Of a stretch of DNA of 64,000 nucleotides, positions 9,248 to 20,339 are shown piece after piece (positions within the stretch are counted from its first letter, which is position 1; each line of letters opens with the position of its first letter). The notes beneath the pieces were generated by a model, which was given only the letters and a program-made list of their open reading frames with translations, had not been told where the DNA came from and did no database searches. The position numbers and the translations under genes are program-made. Origin of the DNA: an uncultured delta proteobacterium (GTDB lineage Bacteria > Myxococcota_A > Polyangia > Fen-1088); contig CAVWIP010000006.1 in the NCBI GenBank assembly GCA_963755125.1, forward strand, positions 64,001 to 128,000. Direction: 5' to 3'.

Positions 9248-11425
9248 ATGTCAAATGACCATTGCAGATTCGTGACGGTGGCGGGCCTTGCTTCGTTTCT
9301 CATTTTTGCCCCGGCCTGCGTCCACAGCGACCGGCCGCACGGCGCCACCGATGCCGCGCAGGCAAACGGCGATGTGGGAATGACAGACGTGCCCATCCCC
9401 ACTGGCAACGATGCCGGCCCTGACGCCGCTCAGGACGCCGCGCTCTCGCCGACCGGGACCGGCACCGCCACCGGAACAGGAACCGGATCCTATATGTTCC
9501 CCTCGGGCCCCACCTACAACACCCAGGGCGGATCCCGCACGCTCTCGCGGACGATTCCCTGGGCTCCAGGCATTGCTGGCGGAGTGCCGAACCTGACGAC
9601 CATCTGCAAGACCCTTTCGCCCACTGGCAAGGCTGATGACGGACCCATCAACGCGGCTCTCGCCAGTTGTGCCGACAACCAGGTCGTGAAGTTGAATCCG
9701 GGAACGTACAACATCACGAATGCCGTCTCCTGGCAAAAGAGCAATGTGGTGTTACGCGGCAGTGGAGGGCCCGGGGCCGATTCAACGACGCAGACCAAGC
9801 TCATGGGAGACCCTTCCCTGTATGGCCCGGTGGTCAACATCGGCCTGAACCTTTTCCCCCATCCGGTCGGAACCTCAGTCAATTTCACCGCCGATGGGAT
9901 TCAGGGCACGACCTCGGTGGCTGTCAGTAGCACCGCGGGCTTTAATGTGGGCGACCTCGTGCTCATCGACATGCTGGTGGATCCGGCGGACGACACAGGA
10001 GCCTGGATCCTGACCGGTCCCTCCGGTGGGACCGGCCTGGTCTACCCCTATGCGGAATACAACCCGACGAAGTCTCCCCAGGGAGATGCTTCCCGCGGAT
10101 GGTTCAGTCGCACGAACCGCCCCGTGTCCCAGATCATGGAGATTCAATCCATCACCGGCAATACCTTGAGCTTCTCGGCGCCGTTCCACATGACCTTCGA
10201 CGTGGCGCATTTGGCGCAGATGACTCAATTCGATGTGCAACCTCTCACCAACGCCGGCCTGGAAGATGTCTATGTGGCCGGTGCGCCTGCCCCGGGTGGG
10301 CAAGTGCAGTACAACAACATCACTCTCAATCTCGCCAAGTACTCTTGGGTGAGGAATGTCGAATCCGACCAGTCCAACGGCTACAGTATCGGGATCGATC
10401 AGGCGTTTCGATGCATCGTGCGCGACTCCTACGTGCACAGCACGATCAATCCGACTCCCGGCGGCGCGGGATACGGGATCGAGTTCTCCTTTGGCTCGGC
10501 CGACAACCTGGTCGAAAACAACATCTCGTGGAATTTCGACAAGGTCATGGTCATGCGCGTCTCGGGCGGCGGAAACGTCATGGCCTACAACTATATGGAC
10601 GACGGCTGGATCGCCTACCAGCCAGATTGGGTGGAATCTGGGATCAACGCGGCCCACATGACCACACCGCACTTCGAATTGTTCGAGGGCAATCTCAGCT
10701 TCGCGCTGGGCACGGACCCCACCTGGGGCGGCTCCATCTTCATCACCTGGCTGCGCAACCTTGCCACCACTCATCGATCGGCTTGGCCACCTCTCAACAC
10801 TTATACCTTCAATGGAGATACCCAGACCACGGGCTGCACTTCATCCGGAGCAGGTGACTTTACCTGCATCCCCTATGCCGACGTCGGAAATCGGGCCGGG
10901 GCTCAGGCGGACTATGGAGACGTGTTCTTCAACTACGTTGGCAACGTGCTCGGATCCATTGGAATGCCCACGGCTCCACAGACCCATGGATTCGCCTATG
11001 AGAACTCCGCCCCAGACTGGGTTGAGGATCCCGTGCCCATGTGGATGATAGGTTCTGGTGATGGCTCCGCCGCGGATCAAGGGGTCGTGAATACCGTCTT
11101 CCGCGATGGCAACTACGACTACGCTACCAAGGGCGTCCACTGGAACGCCGGGGTGCAAACCATCCCGAGTTCGCTCTACCTGAGCGGCAAGCCAGCCTTT
11201 TTCGGGAGCTATAGTTGGCCGTGGGTTGACGGAAGCAACGCGGCCAGTCCGTACGTCACGCATGCCTTCGCTTACTACCCACTCTCGACGAACCTGGGGA
11301 CGTTTGGCACGACTGGCTCACTCACGACGTACTCGGGCTACCAGTTGCCCGCATTCGTTCGCTTCCTGCAACTGCAAAAGATCGAACCGCCAACCACGCT
11401 GATGACCACCGGCGTGGCGCCATGA
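9248..11425 (+). CDS. Secreted or lipoprotein right-handed beta-helix protein (pectin-lyase fold, putative polysaccharide-active enzyme)
   Basis: Lipobox-like FAPAC, Thr/Gly linker, VVLRGSG, ADNLVENNI, GGGNVMAYNY, FELFEGN. Confidence 0.7.
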   Translation: MSNDHCRFVTVAGLASFLIFAPACVHSDRPHGATDAAQANGDVGMTDVPIPTGNDAGPDAAQDAALSPTGTGTATGTGTGSYMFPSGPTYNTQGGSRTLSRTIPWAPGIAGGVPNLTTICKTLSPTGKADDGPINAALASCADNQVVKLNPGTYNITNAVSWQKSNVVLRGSGGPGADSTTQTKLMGDPSLYGPVVNIGLNLFPHPVGTSVNFTADGIQGTTSVAVSSTAGFNVGDLVLIDMLVDPADDTGAWILTGPSGGTGLVYPYAEYNPTKSPQGDASRGWFSRTNRPVSQIMEIQSITGNTLSFSAPFHMTFDVAHLAQMTQFDVQPLTNAGLEDVYVAGAPAPGGQVQYNNITLNLAKYSWVRNVESDQSNGYSIGIDQAFRCIVRDSYVHSTINPTPGGAGYGIEFSFGSADNLVENNISWNFDKVMVMRVSGGGNVMAYNYMDDGWIAYQPDWVESGINAAHMTTPHFELFEGNLSFALGTDPTWGGSIFITWLRNLATTHRSAWPPLNTYTFNGDTQTTGCTSSGAGDFTCIPYADVGNRAGAQADYGDVFFNYVGNVLGSIGMPTAPQTHGFAYENSAPDWVEDPVPMWMIGSGDGSAADQGVVNTVFRDGNYDYATKGVHWNAGVQTIPSSLYLSGKPAFFGSYSWPWVDGSNAASPYVTHAFAYYPLSTNLGTFGTTGSLTTYSGYQLPAFVRFLQLQKIEPPTTLMTTGVAP

Positions 11426-11451
11426 ACGTTTGTCTTTGGGGAGATCTAGAT

Positions 11452-13542
11452 ATGACCCTCATCCCTCCGCACTCGATTCGCCTCATTGTACTGGCAGGCC
11501 TCTCACTGGCCATGGCTCTGGGCGCATGCTCTGGGAAAAGTGCTTCGGGAGCGGGGAACGGCGGCAGTCCGGGAGGTGGCGGACTGTCCGTGGGCGGGGG
11601 TGCCACGAGCGCCGGGGGCGTGGTTGCGACAGTCGGCAGCCAAGACACGACCGCTGGCGGCTCCACCGCCACTGGTGGATCGAGAGCAAGCGGTGGCACG
11701 CCGGCGTCCGGCGGAAGAACAGCAAGAGGTGGGAGCACGGCCATCGGAGGAGCGACTGGCGGCAGCAAGGCCGCCGGGGGGACAACAGGCGGGACCACGA
11801 CCAGTTCCGGGGGGGCGGGAGCGACCGGTGGAGCCAGTTCAGGTGGCAGTACCGCCATTGGCGGGGCACAAAACTGTGACGGCGCCTCGTGTAACACAGC
11901 GCCTTCCGGCTTGTTCGATCCGAATCTCACGACGACCTGGAATCCCGGCATTTTGACGGATAGTCAGCTTCAACTTGCCCTTGGAAGCGACGGGATCCCG
12001 GTAAGAACTACCGTGTGCGCCGATCCCCAGCCCGGAGACAATATCAATACCGCGATTAGCGGCTGCCCGGAGGGACAAGTGGTTCAGTTGGCGGCAGGGA
12101 CGTATACCATCTCCTCCACCGTCACCCTGAGCAAGGGCGTGGTATTGCGCGGCGCCGGCTCGCAAGGGGCCACGTCGGGCGGAACCACGATTGTCAAGAC
12201 CGGCGGGGGCTCCGTACTCGCGATTGGAACTAGCCAAGACCAGGCTTGCTACAACAGCGCTTTCGGCACGGCCGTGGCACTGACCCAAGATGCGGTGAAG
12301 GAAACCACCACCGTCTACGTCGGCAACAACGCCAGCGGCTTTTTTCCGGGCGATCTGGCCATCATCGATCAGGTGGACGACGCCACCGTGCAGGAGGGTG
12401 ATTGCACATTCTTCAAGCGAGTCGACAAGCGCTCCATCAGCGAGCGGGTGGAAGTGGCTGCCGTCAATACGACGAACGGCACCCTGACTTTGACCACGCC
12501 TTTGCATTGGACCTTTCAGTCCGCAAGCCCCTACCTTGCACAGATCGCCCGGATGACCCAGAAGGCCACCAAGTGGGCAGGGATCGAAGGGGTGTTGCTC
12601 CAGGGCGGCACCAACCCCGGCTACGACGGTCAAATGGCGGGCGGCATCGACGTGTCGAATGCCGCTTATTGTTGGATAAGGGACGTGCAGACCGACGGCA
12701 CGATTGGTGGAATTCACGTCGCCTTGACCGGAACGTATCGGTGCGTGGTGCGCGATAGTCATGTTCACAACTCGGCAAACTACGGCTTCGGAACGGATTG
12801 CTACGGAATTGTGATGCGGTGTGGGGCGGCCGACAATCTCGTCGAGAACAACATCGCCCGCTACATGAACAAGCCGATTCAGTTCTCCGTATCGGGGGGA
12901 GGAAATGTCGTCGGCTACAATTATGCTGACAATTCCTGGGCGACTCCTCCGGCGTGGCAGGAGGACAACCTGGATACGCACTGCTCGTTTCCGCACATGG
13001 AACTCATGGAAGGGAACTATGCGCCTCACATGAAGGCGTCGACCACGCACGGCAACTCAGGGTACTTGACGTACTTCAGGAACTACGCTTCGAGCCAATT
13101 TGCCCCGCCCGCCGTCTATGGTTCCACCGCCATGCAAACCGGCAACGTCCTCGCGGTCGGGTTCGATGCAGGGGATATCAATATGACCGTCGTGGGTAAT
13201 GTGCTGGGAAGCTCGGCGGCAACCGATCTCGGAACGGCTGCAATCAGCAGTACGTACATGTGTTTCGGTTCCGGTGGGTCCTGCGTCTACTACTTCGGGA
13301 GCAGCAGCAAGTCCGACGTCTCGTACACAAGTCTGTGGGCCCACGGCAATTACGATACGGTCAGCGCAGGGGTGGTTTGGAATCCTTCGATTGCGACCCA
13401 CGAGATTCCCGCATCATTGTATCGATCCACGAAGCCCGGGTGGTGGCCAGCGGACAGCGCCTGGCCCTGGGCCGGCTCGGACCTGACTCCAATGGTCGGC
13501 TCACTGCCGGCCAAGACTCGTTCCGATTTGCTCGGGCCGTAG
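11452..13542 (+). CDS. Beta-helix lipoprotein, paralogue of the upstream gene
   Basis: GGGGAG RBS, lipobox LGAC, long Gly/Ser/Thr linker, shared motifs VVLRGAG, ADNLVENNI, GGGNVVGYNY, MELMEGN, WPW. Confidence 0.7.
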   Translation: MTLIPPHSIRLIVLAGLSLAMALGACSGKSASGAGNGGSPGGGGLSVGGGATSAGGVVATVGSQDTTAGGSTATGGSRASGGTPASGGRTARGGSTAIGGATGGSKAAGGTTGGTTTSSGGAGATGGASSGGSTAIGGAQNCDGASCNTAPSGLFDPNLTTTWNPGILTDSQLQLALGSDGIPVRTTVCADPQPGDNINTAISGCPEGQVVQLAAGTYTISSTVTLSKGVVLRGAGSQGATSGGTTIVKTGGGSVLAIGTSQDQACYNSAFGTAVALTQDAVKETTTVYVGNNASGFFPGDLAIIDQVDDATVQEGDCTFFKRVDKRSISERVEVAAVNTTNGTLTLTTPLHWTFQSASPYLAQIARMTQKATKWAGIEGVLLQGGTNPGYDGQMAGGIDVSNAAYCWIRDVQTDGTIGGIHVALTGTYRCVVRDSHVHNSANYGFGTDCYGIVMRCGAADNLVENNIARYMNKPIQFSVSGGGNVVGYNYADNSWATPPAWQEDNLDTHCSFPHMELMEGNYAPHMKASTTHGNSGYLTYFRNYASSQFAPPAVYGSTAMQTGNVLAVGFDAGDINMTVVGNVLGSSAATDLGTAAISSTYMCFGSGGSCVYYFGSSSKSDVSYTSLWAHGNYDTVSAGVVWNPSIATHEIPASLYRSTKPGWWPADSAWPWAGSDLTPMVGSLPAKTRSDLLGP

Positions 13543-13782
13543 CTGGTTCAGGTCGCTTGAGGCGCATCGCCCGGCCGCAAGCGGCCCCTGCGCACGCGCT
13601 GCTCGACCGGATCGTCGCCGTCCTGTGGCGGCCGACCCACCCGAAACGCTGAGATCCACCCTGGCAGGGTGCCGTTACGCAGCCGGTCTGCCGCCCCGCC
13701 ACCGCTCCGGTCTCCTCTTCCGAATCTCATCCAATGCACGTGGAAAATTTGCGCTGCGACGGGAAGCTCCGAGTATTGGCGT

Positions 13783-15579
13783 ATGGGCTGGTTTTCTGGC
13801 CGCATACCCATGTGGTGCGCGGCAACTTTCGCTCTCATCGTCTTCACGTCGGGCGTGGCGCTGGCCACGCAAGAAGAGTCGGCCGTTGCGCGCGAGACCT
13901 TTGTGGTCGAGCCGTTCAAGAACAGCAGCGACTTTCGCGCTCTCGACCACCTGCAGGCGGGATTGCCGGCCCTGGTGGCCGAGCGTCTGGGCCATTTGGC
14001 GCCTCTCAAGTTCGTGGGCGGCGAGACCCTGTTCGGTCACGCAGCAACGGTCACCCCGCGCTGGACGGTGAGTGGCGAATTCGCGCGGCGAGCAGACTGG
14101 AAGATCGCGGTCACGGTTCGTATCAAGGGATCGGGCCGCCCATTCGCGTCTGCGGAAGCGACCCGCGTCGCGGGTACGGACGCCGCCGCAGTCGCGGTCG
14201 AGGCGGCGCTGGCGGCTTTTCGCAAGCTGCTCGGGGATCGGGCGCCGGCGGCCAAGGCTTCGCTCAGTCAGCGCTTCGCTCGCGATCCCTATGCCTTCGT
14301 GCTCTACGGCCGGGGCGTGGCGACCTACCTGGGCTTGGCCGGTCGGCACCGCAGTCAGGACGAGGCCATCAAGATCCTGGGCCGCTCGCTGGTCATCGAT
14401 CCCAAGGTTCCCGAGACCCGCCGTTTTCTCGGCGCCATTCACCTGGAGAACGGTCGGCCCGGCCATGCGCGCGCCATGTGGTCAGTGGCGGTCGAGGCGC
14501 GACCAGACTATCTGGCTGCCCTGGCAGGACTGGCGGCGCTGGACCGCAGCGAGGGATCGGCCGCCGCGCGCGATCGCTATGCGCGCCTGGTGGAACTGGA
14601 TCCGGGGGATTTGGACGTGCGCCGGGCCTATGGCGAGGTGTTGGCCGAGGCCGGCCAGCTAGCGCAAGCCCAGGCCGAGCTGAACCGGGTCTTGCAAGCG
14701 TCGCCCGACGATGTGCGCGCGCGCCGAGCCCTGGCCCTGGTGCTGGCTTCGCGGCGGGCTGGCCCGGAGTTGGTGGGGGATCTGGAAGAGGTCGTGCGCT
14801 TGCAGCCAGACAGCGTGGATGCGCGCATGGATCTGGGCGCGGCCTACCTGGGTGTGGGCAAGCGTAGCGAGGCTGAGGCGGTGTACGACGAGGTTCTGCG
14901 CCGCCGTCCGCGCAGCGCGGCCGCTCTGAAGTTGTGCGGCGATCTGGCACGCGCCCGCGGCGATTTGAAGAAGGCCACTTCGCTTTTCGGCAGGCTGCGC
15001 TGGATTGCACCCAATGATCCCAGGCCGGCGTTCTTGCTGGGGACCTCATTCTACCAGGCGGGAAACCTGAATGCGGCCGAGCGCTGGTTCATCGAGGCCG
15101 CGAAGGTCCCGGGCATGCTGGGCGAGGCCTACGGAAATCTTGGCGTGATCGCCTTGCTCCGGGGCCAGCCCAAGGAGGCGCAGTGGTTCTTGAATCGCGC
15201 GGCCAAGCGACGGCCGCAGCGGGCCCTGCTGCGATACAACTACGCGCTGGCGCTCTACACCAACAACCGGCCCGAGGACGCGCTCAACCAGTTGCACGTC
15301 GCCCAGGCTCTCGAGCCGAATGACGCCGCCACGCAGTTCTTCACCGGCGTGGTGGCGCTGCGGGTTGGCCTGCTGCCCGAGGCCGAGCGCTGTTTCCGCG
15401 AGGCCCTGCGTCTGGATCCACAGAACGAGGATGCACGCCACAACCTGGCCCTGCTGGAACCGCTGGTGCGGCCGACGCGAGAGGAGCGGCTCTCACTGGG
15501 CGAGTCGGCGATGGCGCCACCGCCGCGCGTGGAGATCGAAAAGGGGCCGTGGAGGTCTAGCGATCGCAGCGAACCGTGA
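13783..15579 (+). CDS. Secreted tetratricopeptide-repeat protein with TolB-N/CsgG-like N-terminal domain
   Basis: Signal peptide; VVEPFKN motif; many TPR units (e.g. DARMDLGAAY, EAYGNLG, DARHNLALL); start could be 13810. Confidence 0.8.
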   Translation: MGWFSGRIPMWCAATFALIVFTSGVALATQEESAVARETFVVEPFKNSSDFRALDHLQAGLPALVAERLGHLAPLKFVGGETLFGHAATVTPRWTVSGEFARRADWKIAVTVRIKGSGRPFASAEATRVAGTDAAAVAVEAALAAFRKLLGDRAPAAKASLSQRFARDPYAFVLYGRGVATYLGLAGRHRSQDEAIKILGRSLVIDPKVPETRRFLGAIHLENGRPGHARAMWSVAVEARPDYLAALAGLAALDRSEGSAAARDRYARLVELDPGDLDVRRAYGEVLAEAGQLAQAQAELNRVLQASPDDVRARRALALVLASRRAGPELVGDLEEVVRLQPDSVDARMDLGAAYLGVGKRSEAEAVYDEVLRRRPRSAAALKLCGDLARARGDLKKATSLFGRLRWIAPNDPRPAFLLGTSFYQAGNLNAAERWFIEAAKVPGMLGEAYGNLGVIALLRGQPKEAQWFLNRAAKRRPQRALLRYNYALALYTNNRPEDALNQLHVAQALEPNDAATQFFTGVVALRVGLLPEAERCFREALRLDPQNEDARHNLALLEPLVRPTREERLSLGESAMAPPPRVEIEKGPWRSSDRSEP

Positions 15580-16498
15580 GGGACCAGCCCTCGTAGAAGT
15601 ACACTTGGCGTAGCGTGCCGAGATCGCCGCAGGAGCGCTTGTCGAGGCCGGCCAGCACGCACACCTCGTGCGGGCCGGCGTGGGTGCGCACCGAGGTTCG
15701 TTTGTAGCCGGGCAGCGCCCCGTAGGATCGGCCGTCGATTTGCAACTGCGACGGCCGGGCGCAGTGCGAGTTGTCGATCTCGATCCACACCGCGGGCGCG
15801 TTCGTGGGGCCCGTTGTCTTGGGCGGCGTGCGCACGGTCCGGCTGGGATCCGCGGTACCAGCGGCCTCGGGGTCGGCCGCAGAATCGTCGAGAGTCCAGG
15901 CGGCCGGGTTGGAAGGGTCCGTGGGGACCGCGTTGTTCGCGCCTGGAGCCGGGCTGCCGCCCGTGCCGGCGCCCGGCAGATCGCACCCGGCGTGGCGAAG
16001 CTCGGCGCCCAGTTGCACGTAGAAAGCGACGCGCATTTCCTGCAGGTCGCGCAGCATGTCCTGGTGGATCTGGCTCGCCTTCTTGACCTTGAGGCGATAG
16101 TCAGGCGTCAACCCGGATGCGTCGCCCAGTTCGTCGGCGCGGCGAATCTCGCGGAAGCGTGACTCCATCTCCCGCCCGGATGCCAGGTAGCGGCTTCCGG
16201 CGGCTAACGCCCGTCCGTAGAGAGCAGGGGCTGCCGGCGGACAGGTTCTGGCAGGGTGATTCTCGCGCGGGCCAGTGGGCCTCGTCAGTTCGGCCAAAGT
16301 GCTGTGGACCGCAGTGGAGAATTCGTTGCGAACCTGATCCATCTCCGCCTGCAGAGCCAGGAAACGATCCACGGTCCGGCGCAGGACCGTGACGTCGCCG
16401 AACACCGGATCGATGCGCGGATTCACCGCGGTCCGGAAGGGCGTTGTGGTGGACACCTGTGCCGCAGTCGCCAGAACCAGCCAGAGTGGAAACAACAT
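15557..16498 (-). CDS. Hypothetical secreted protein
   Basis: Signal-like MLFPLWLVLATAAQ, helical N-half, Pro-rich linker, Cys-containing beta-rich C-terminal domain. Confidence 0.6.
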   Translation of the reverse strand: MLFPLWLVLATAAQVSTTTPFRTAVNPRIDPVFGDVTVLRRTVDRFLALQAEMDQVRNEFSTAVHSTLAELTRPTGPRENHPARTCPPAAPALYGRALAAGSRYLASGREMESRFREIRRADELGDASGLTPDYRLKVKKASQIHQDMLRDLQEMRVAFYVQLGAELRHAGCDLPGAGTGGSPAPGANNAVPTDPSNPAAWTLDDSAADPEAAGTADPSRTVRTPPKTTGPTNAPAVWIEIDNSHCARPSQLQIDGRSYGALPGYKRTSVRTHAGPHEVCVLAGLDKRSCGDLGTLRQVYFYEGWSLTVRCDR

Positions 16499-16683
16499 AT
16501 ATCCTCGACTCTTCTCTCGTGCAGTGACCGCGCAATTATGGTGCCGCTGCGAGCGGACCAGCAAGAAACTGGGATTCGGAGCAGGGAGGCCGCGCCGCGG
16601 TCGCCCTCACACCCTTGCTCCGAATCCCAGCCAAGAAATTGGTGGCTCGGGCGCCGGGCCGCCGCTATCTTCACCTCTTGCCC

Positions 16684-17604
16684 ATGAGCGCGAACAAGGT
16701 AGAGGCCGGCGTGCGCTTCGCGTTCCTGACGCCGCGGAAGCTGCCGCCAGCCGACACCCTGGCCGGCCGGGTGGTGGTGCTGGACATCGGCTTCGCCTCC
16801 GAGGGCGGCGGCTCGTCGTTTGCCGGCGTCACCATTCCCTTCATCAATGGCCTGGGCAGCCGGCTGGCCGCCTGGGTGGATCACCACGACCACGAGCGCC
16901 ACGTGGATTTTGCCCGCGATCCCCGTTTTCTGCTTGCCGACAAGGCCGAGCACGGGGGCTGTCCGGAGATGATCACGCCGGAGTTCGTGGCCGCGGTAGG
17001 GCCGGTGGACACGGTGGCCATGCACATAGATCTCGACGGTCTGTATGCGGGCGCCAAGTGGGTGCTGGGTGGCATCGAGCCCTATCCAGGCGCCGATATG
17101 GACGCGCGCGCGGTGGACACGCGGCGGGGTGAGCCGGGCCCCATTGCCAAGCGCATCGATCGCGCCTTGCGCGCCCGCTTTCGCGACGAGACGCTCAAGT
17201 ACCGCGTGATCCAGTACCTGCTGGCGCGCACCCAGGCGCCTCACCACTGGGAGGAGATCGAGCGCGCCGCGCGCCTCATCGACCCGCTGCTGGACCGGGC
17301 ACGCAAGATCGCCGAGCGCTACCAGATCGAAGGCAACGTGGCGTACGTGGAAGCCCAGTCGAGCGCGCCCTACGACAAGACCGAGCTGTTGCTCCTCGGC
17401 CAGCGGCGCGCGGCCGTGGCTGTGGTGCGCGATTCGGGGTCGCTGTCCATTGCTGCCGATTTCGAGTCCGGGCTGGACCTGATCAAGTTGTTCGACCTGG
17501 GCGGCGGCATGCCCACGCGCGTATCCGTGCCCGAGTCGCGCCTGGAAGAGGTGATGCAGAAGCTCGCCGAGGCCGTGAAGGGGAAGGGTGTAGAGACAAC
17601 GTAG
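16684..17604 (+). CDS. DHH-family phosphoesterase-like protein
   Basis: VVVLDI, WVDHHDH and HIDLDG motifs; DHHA1-like C-terminal GGG. Confidence 0.6.
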   Translation: MSANKVEAGVRFAFLTPRKLPPADTLAGRVVVLDIGFASEGGGSSFAGVTIPFINGLGSRLAAWVDHHDHERHVDFARDPRFLLADKAEHGGCPEMITPEFVAAVGPVDTVAMHIDLDGLYAGAKWVLGGIEPYPGADMDARAVDTRRGEPGPIAKRIDRALRARFRDETLKYRVIQYLLARTQAPHHWEEIERAARLIDPLLDRARKIAERYQIEGNVAYVEAQSSAPYDKTELLLLGQRRAAVAVVRDSGSLSIAADFESGLDLIKLFDLGGGMPTRVSVPESRLEEVMQKLAEAVKGKGVETT

Positions 17605-17723
17605 ACGCAGACCCATCCCGGCAGCCACCCTCGTCGAGAACGCAGCGGGGAGAGGGGAGGACACAGAGAACGCCTCGGCGCGAACTAGCTGGTCAACCGG
17701 TCGAATCAGGGTAAATTCGCTTC

Positions 17724-18638
17724 ATGCACGTGAATCACGGAACGCCTCCCAAGAAATCGCACCAGGCCCTCGCTGAGCGCATTCTCAAGCAACATGGTCG
17801 TGGAACGCGGTCGCTGGTAGGCCCGATGCCGTCGCCCGACGAGGTCGCGACCCTGGTGGAGGATCTGCTGTCGGTGATCCTGCCGGGAACCCGGCGCACG
17901 CGCATGCTGGGCGAAAACTCGCATGCGGCGGCGCGCGAGCGCGTGGCCGAGGTGCTGGGCGACCTGGATCTCCGGCTGGAGGAGCTGGTGTTTCTGGGCC
18001 TGCACCGCCAGTGCCCGCAAGCCGCCGGCAATAAGGACGCCTGCTGGCGGCGCGCCCAGAGCATCACCGCGCGCACGCTGGCCGCCCTGCCCGAGCTGCG
18101 CGGGGTTCTGGAACAGGACATCCAGTTGGCCTTCGAGGCGGATCCCGCTGCCACCGGCACCGACGAGGTGGTCGCCTGCTATCCCGGGCTGTATGCCATC
18201 GCCATCTACAGGGTCGCGCATCGCTTGCTGCGCGAAGGGGCGCTGCTGGTGCCGCGCATGATGACCGAGTACGCCCACTCGCGCACCGGCATCGACATCC
18301 ACCCCGGCGCCGGCATCGGCTCGCCCTTCTTCATCGACCACGGCACCGGCATCGTCATCGGCGAGACCACGCGCATCGGCCGCGCGGTTCGCATCTATCA
18401 AGGCGTGACCCTGGGCGCGCTGTCGATCAAGCGCAAGCCGGGTGGGGCCGTATCGACCTCGGCGTCCAAGCAGCCCGTGCCCCAGCGCCACCCAACCATC
18501 GAGGACGACGTGATCATCTACGCCAACGCTACCATCCTGGGCGGCGACACGGTGATCGGCAAGGGCGCAGTGGTGGGCGCCAATGCCTGGGTCAGCTACT
18601 CGGTGCCGCCCGGCCGGCGCGTCGGGGGCGGGGCCTAG
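17724..18638 (+). CDS. cysE: Serine O-acetyltransferase
   Basis: DPAA, YPG, TGIDIHPGA, FIDHGTGIVIGET, YQGVTLG, RHPTIED hexapeptide motifs. Confidence 0.93.
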   Translation: MHVNHGTPPKKSHQALAERILKQHGRGTRSLVGPMPSPDEVATLVEDLLSVILPGTRRTRMLGENSHAAARERVAEVLGDLDLRLEELVFLGLHRQCPQAAGNKDACWRRAQSITARTLAALPELRGVLEQDIQLAFEADPAATGTDEVVACYPGLYAIAIYRVAHRLLREGALLVPRMMTEYAHSRTGIDIHPGAGIGSPFFIDHGTGIVIGETTRIGRAVRIYQGVTLGALSIKRKPGGAVSTSASKQPVPQRHPTIEDDVIIYANATILGGDTVIGKGAVVGANAWVSYSVPPGRRVGGGA

Positions 18639-18729
18639 CCCCGCGGATTCAGACAGCCGCCTGCGCCGGGGGTGATCGCACCCTGCGTTCCGCGGCGGCG
18701 TGTTCATGAGCCACGACAACCGATGCGGC

Positions 18730-20103
18730 TCAATCGCCCGGTTCGATGCCGGCGCGTTTGAGCTTGTCGAACAGGGTGGTGCGGCTGAGACCGAGGAGTT
18801 CCGCGGCGCGGGTCTTGTTTCCGTTTGCCGCGCGCATGGCGCGCTCGATGAGCACAACCTCGATGCGCGCGAGCGTGGCGGGAAGGTCAATGCCCTCGGC
18901 CGGGGAAGCCGACGCGACTTCGGCTGCCAGATCGGCCGCCGGGGCGCGCAGGTTGCGCGGAAGATCCTCGACGCCGATCACGTCGGTGCGACTCAGGATC
19001 ACCAGCCGCTCTACCAGGTTTTCCAGCTCGCGTACATTGCCGGGCCAGTTGTAGAGCTGCAAGGCGACCAGCGCCGCCTCCGACAGGGTCACGTTCCTTT
19101 TCGTGCGCCGGTTGGCAGACGCCAGGAAGTGCTGGCACAGGGACGGCACATCCTCGGCGCGCTCGCGCAGGGCGGGCAGGGCGATGGGAACGACGTTGAG
19201 CCGGAAGAAGAGATCGCTGCGGAACTTCCCTTCCTTGACCAACGCTTGCAGATCGCTGTTGGACGCTGCCACGACCCGCGTGTCGACCTGGCGGGTCTTG
19301 GATTCGCCCACCGGGGTGATGATTCGATCCTGCAGCACCCGCAATAACTTGACTTGCAGGCCGAGGGCCAGTTCGCCGATCTCATCGAGAAACAGCGTGC
19401 CGCCATCAGCCTCCAGGAACTTGCCGGCGCGCACGTCGGTCGCCCCGGTGAACGCGCCCTTGGCGTGGCCGAACAGCTCGCTCTCCACCAGCCCTTCCGG
19501 GATGGCACCGCAGTTGACCGCGACAAAGGCATTCCCCACCCGCGGCGAGAAGGCGTGAATCAAGCGGGCCACCACTTCCTTGCCGGTTCCGCTCTCGCCC
19601 AGCAACAACACCGTGGCGTCCGTGCCCGCCACCTGCGTGATCGTCTCCACCACGCCACGCAGGGCGGCCGAGTCGCCCACCAGCGCGGCCTGGGGCTGGT
19701 CGGATTCCGCGGGCCGGTGCGCGGCGGCCTTGGGACCGGGACGGCCGCGGGCCAGCGCCGTCTCCAGCACCGACTTCAGTTCCTCGGCGCGGAACGGCTT
19801 GACCAGGAAGTTGAACGCGCCCGAGCGCATGGCCTCCACGCAATCGGAAACCTTGGTGCTGGCGGTCAGGATGACCACCGGCGCGCGCACCGACGGCTCC
19901 TGTGCCTTGCGCAGGACCGCGAATCCATCGGCGCGCGGCATGCGCAGATCGCTGACCACCAGATCGAATGCGCCGGCGTCCAGGGCCTTCACCGCATCGA
20001 CACCATCCGACGCTTCGGTCACGTGGTGGCCCATTTGCTCGACCGTCCGGCGCACGGACTGTCGCACCTCTGGCTCGTCGTCAACGATCAGAACTCGCGC
20101 CAT
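18730..20103 (-). CDS. Sigma54-dependent response regulator (REC-AAA+-HTH)
   Basis: [44 protein letters not shown], Fis-type HTH. Confidence 0.95.
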   Translation of the reverse strand: MARVLIVDDEPEVRQSVRRTVEQMGHHVTEASDGVDAVKALDAGAFDLVVSDLRMPRADGFAVLRKAQEPSVRAPVVILTASTKVSDCVEAMRSGAFNFLVKPFRAEELKSVLETALARGRPGPKAAAHRPAESDQPQAALVGDSAALRGVVETITQVAGTDATVLLLGESGTGKEVVARLIHAFSPRVGNAFVAVNCGAIPEGLVESELFGHAKGAFTGATDVRAGKFLEADGGTLFLDEIGELALGLQVKLLRVLQDRIITPVGESKTRQVDTRVVAASNSDLQALVKEGKFRSDLFFRLNVVPIALPALRERAEDVPSLCQHFLASANRRTKRNVTLSEAALVALQLYNWPGNVRELENLVERLVILSRTDVIGVEDLPRNLRAPAADLAAEVASASPAEGIDLPATLARIEVVLIERAMRAANGNKTRAAELLGLSRTTLFDKLKRAGIEPGD

Positions 20104-20310
20104 GGCGTCGAGTGTATCACGAAGCACGATATTCACTTTGGCCGAACCCTCCGTCCATCCACCGGTGCATGCGCGGAGCCAAGTGGAAAGTGGCGGCTGG
20201 CCGAGCGCGGACCGCGCCTCCGTCGCTTTGCCGACGGAGAGGCAGGTGGAAGCCGTGTCGGCGCGTCGTCGAGAGTGCGCCGTTGCCAAGCGATCGCGCG
20301 CCTTTCGCGC

Positions 20311-20326
20311 TGGTCCCGTCCTTGCG
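20311..20326 (+). promoter_or_regulatory. Putative sigma54 -24/-12 promoter
   Basis: TGGTCCC-GTCC-TTGCG (GG-N10-GC), divergent from a sigma54 activator gene. Confidence 0.5.
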
Positions 20327-20339
20327 TATGGAACCAGGC

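Noticed and set aside
11540..11870. Gly/Thr/Ser-rich stretch as a repeat element
   Set aside because: Low-complexity linker of a lipoprotein, common in such proteins
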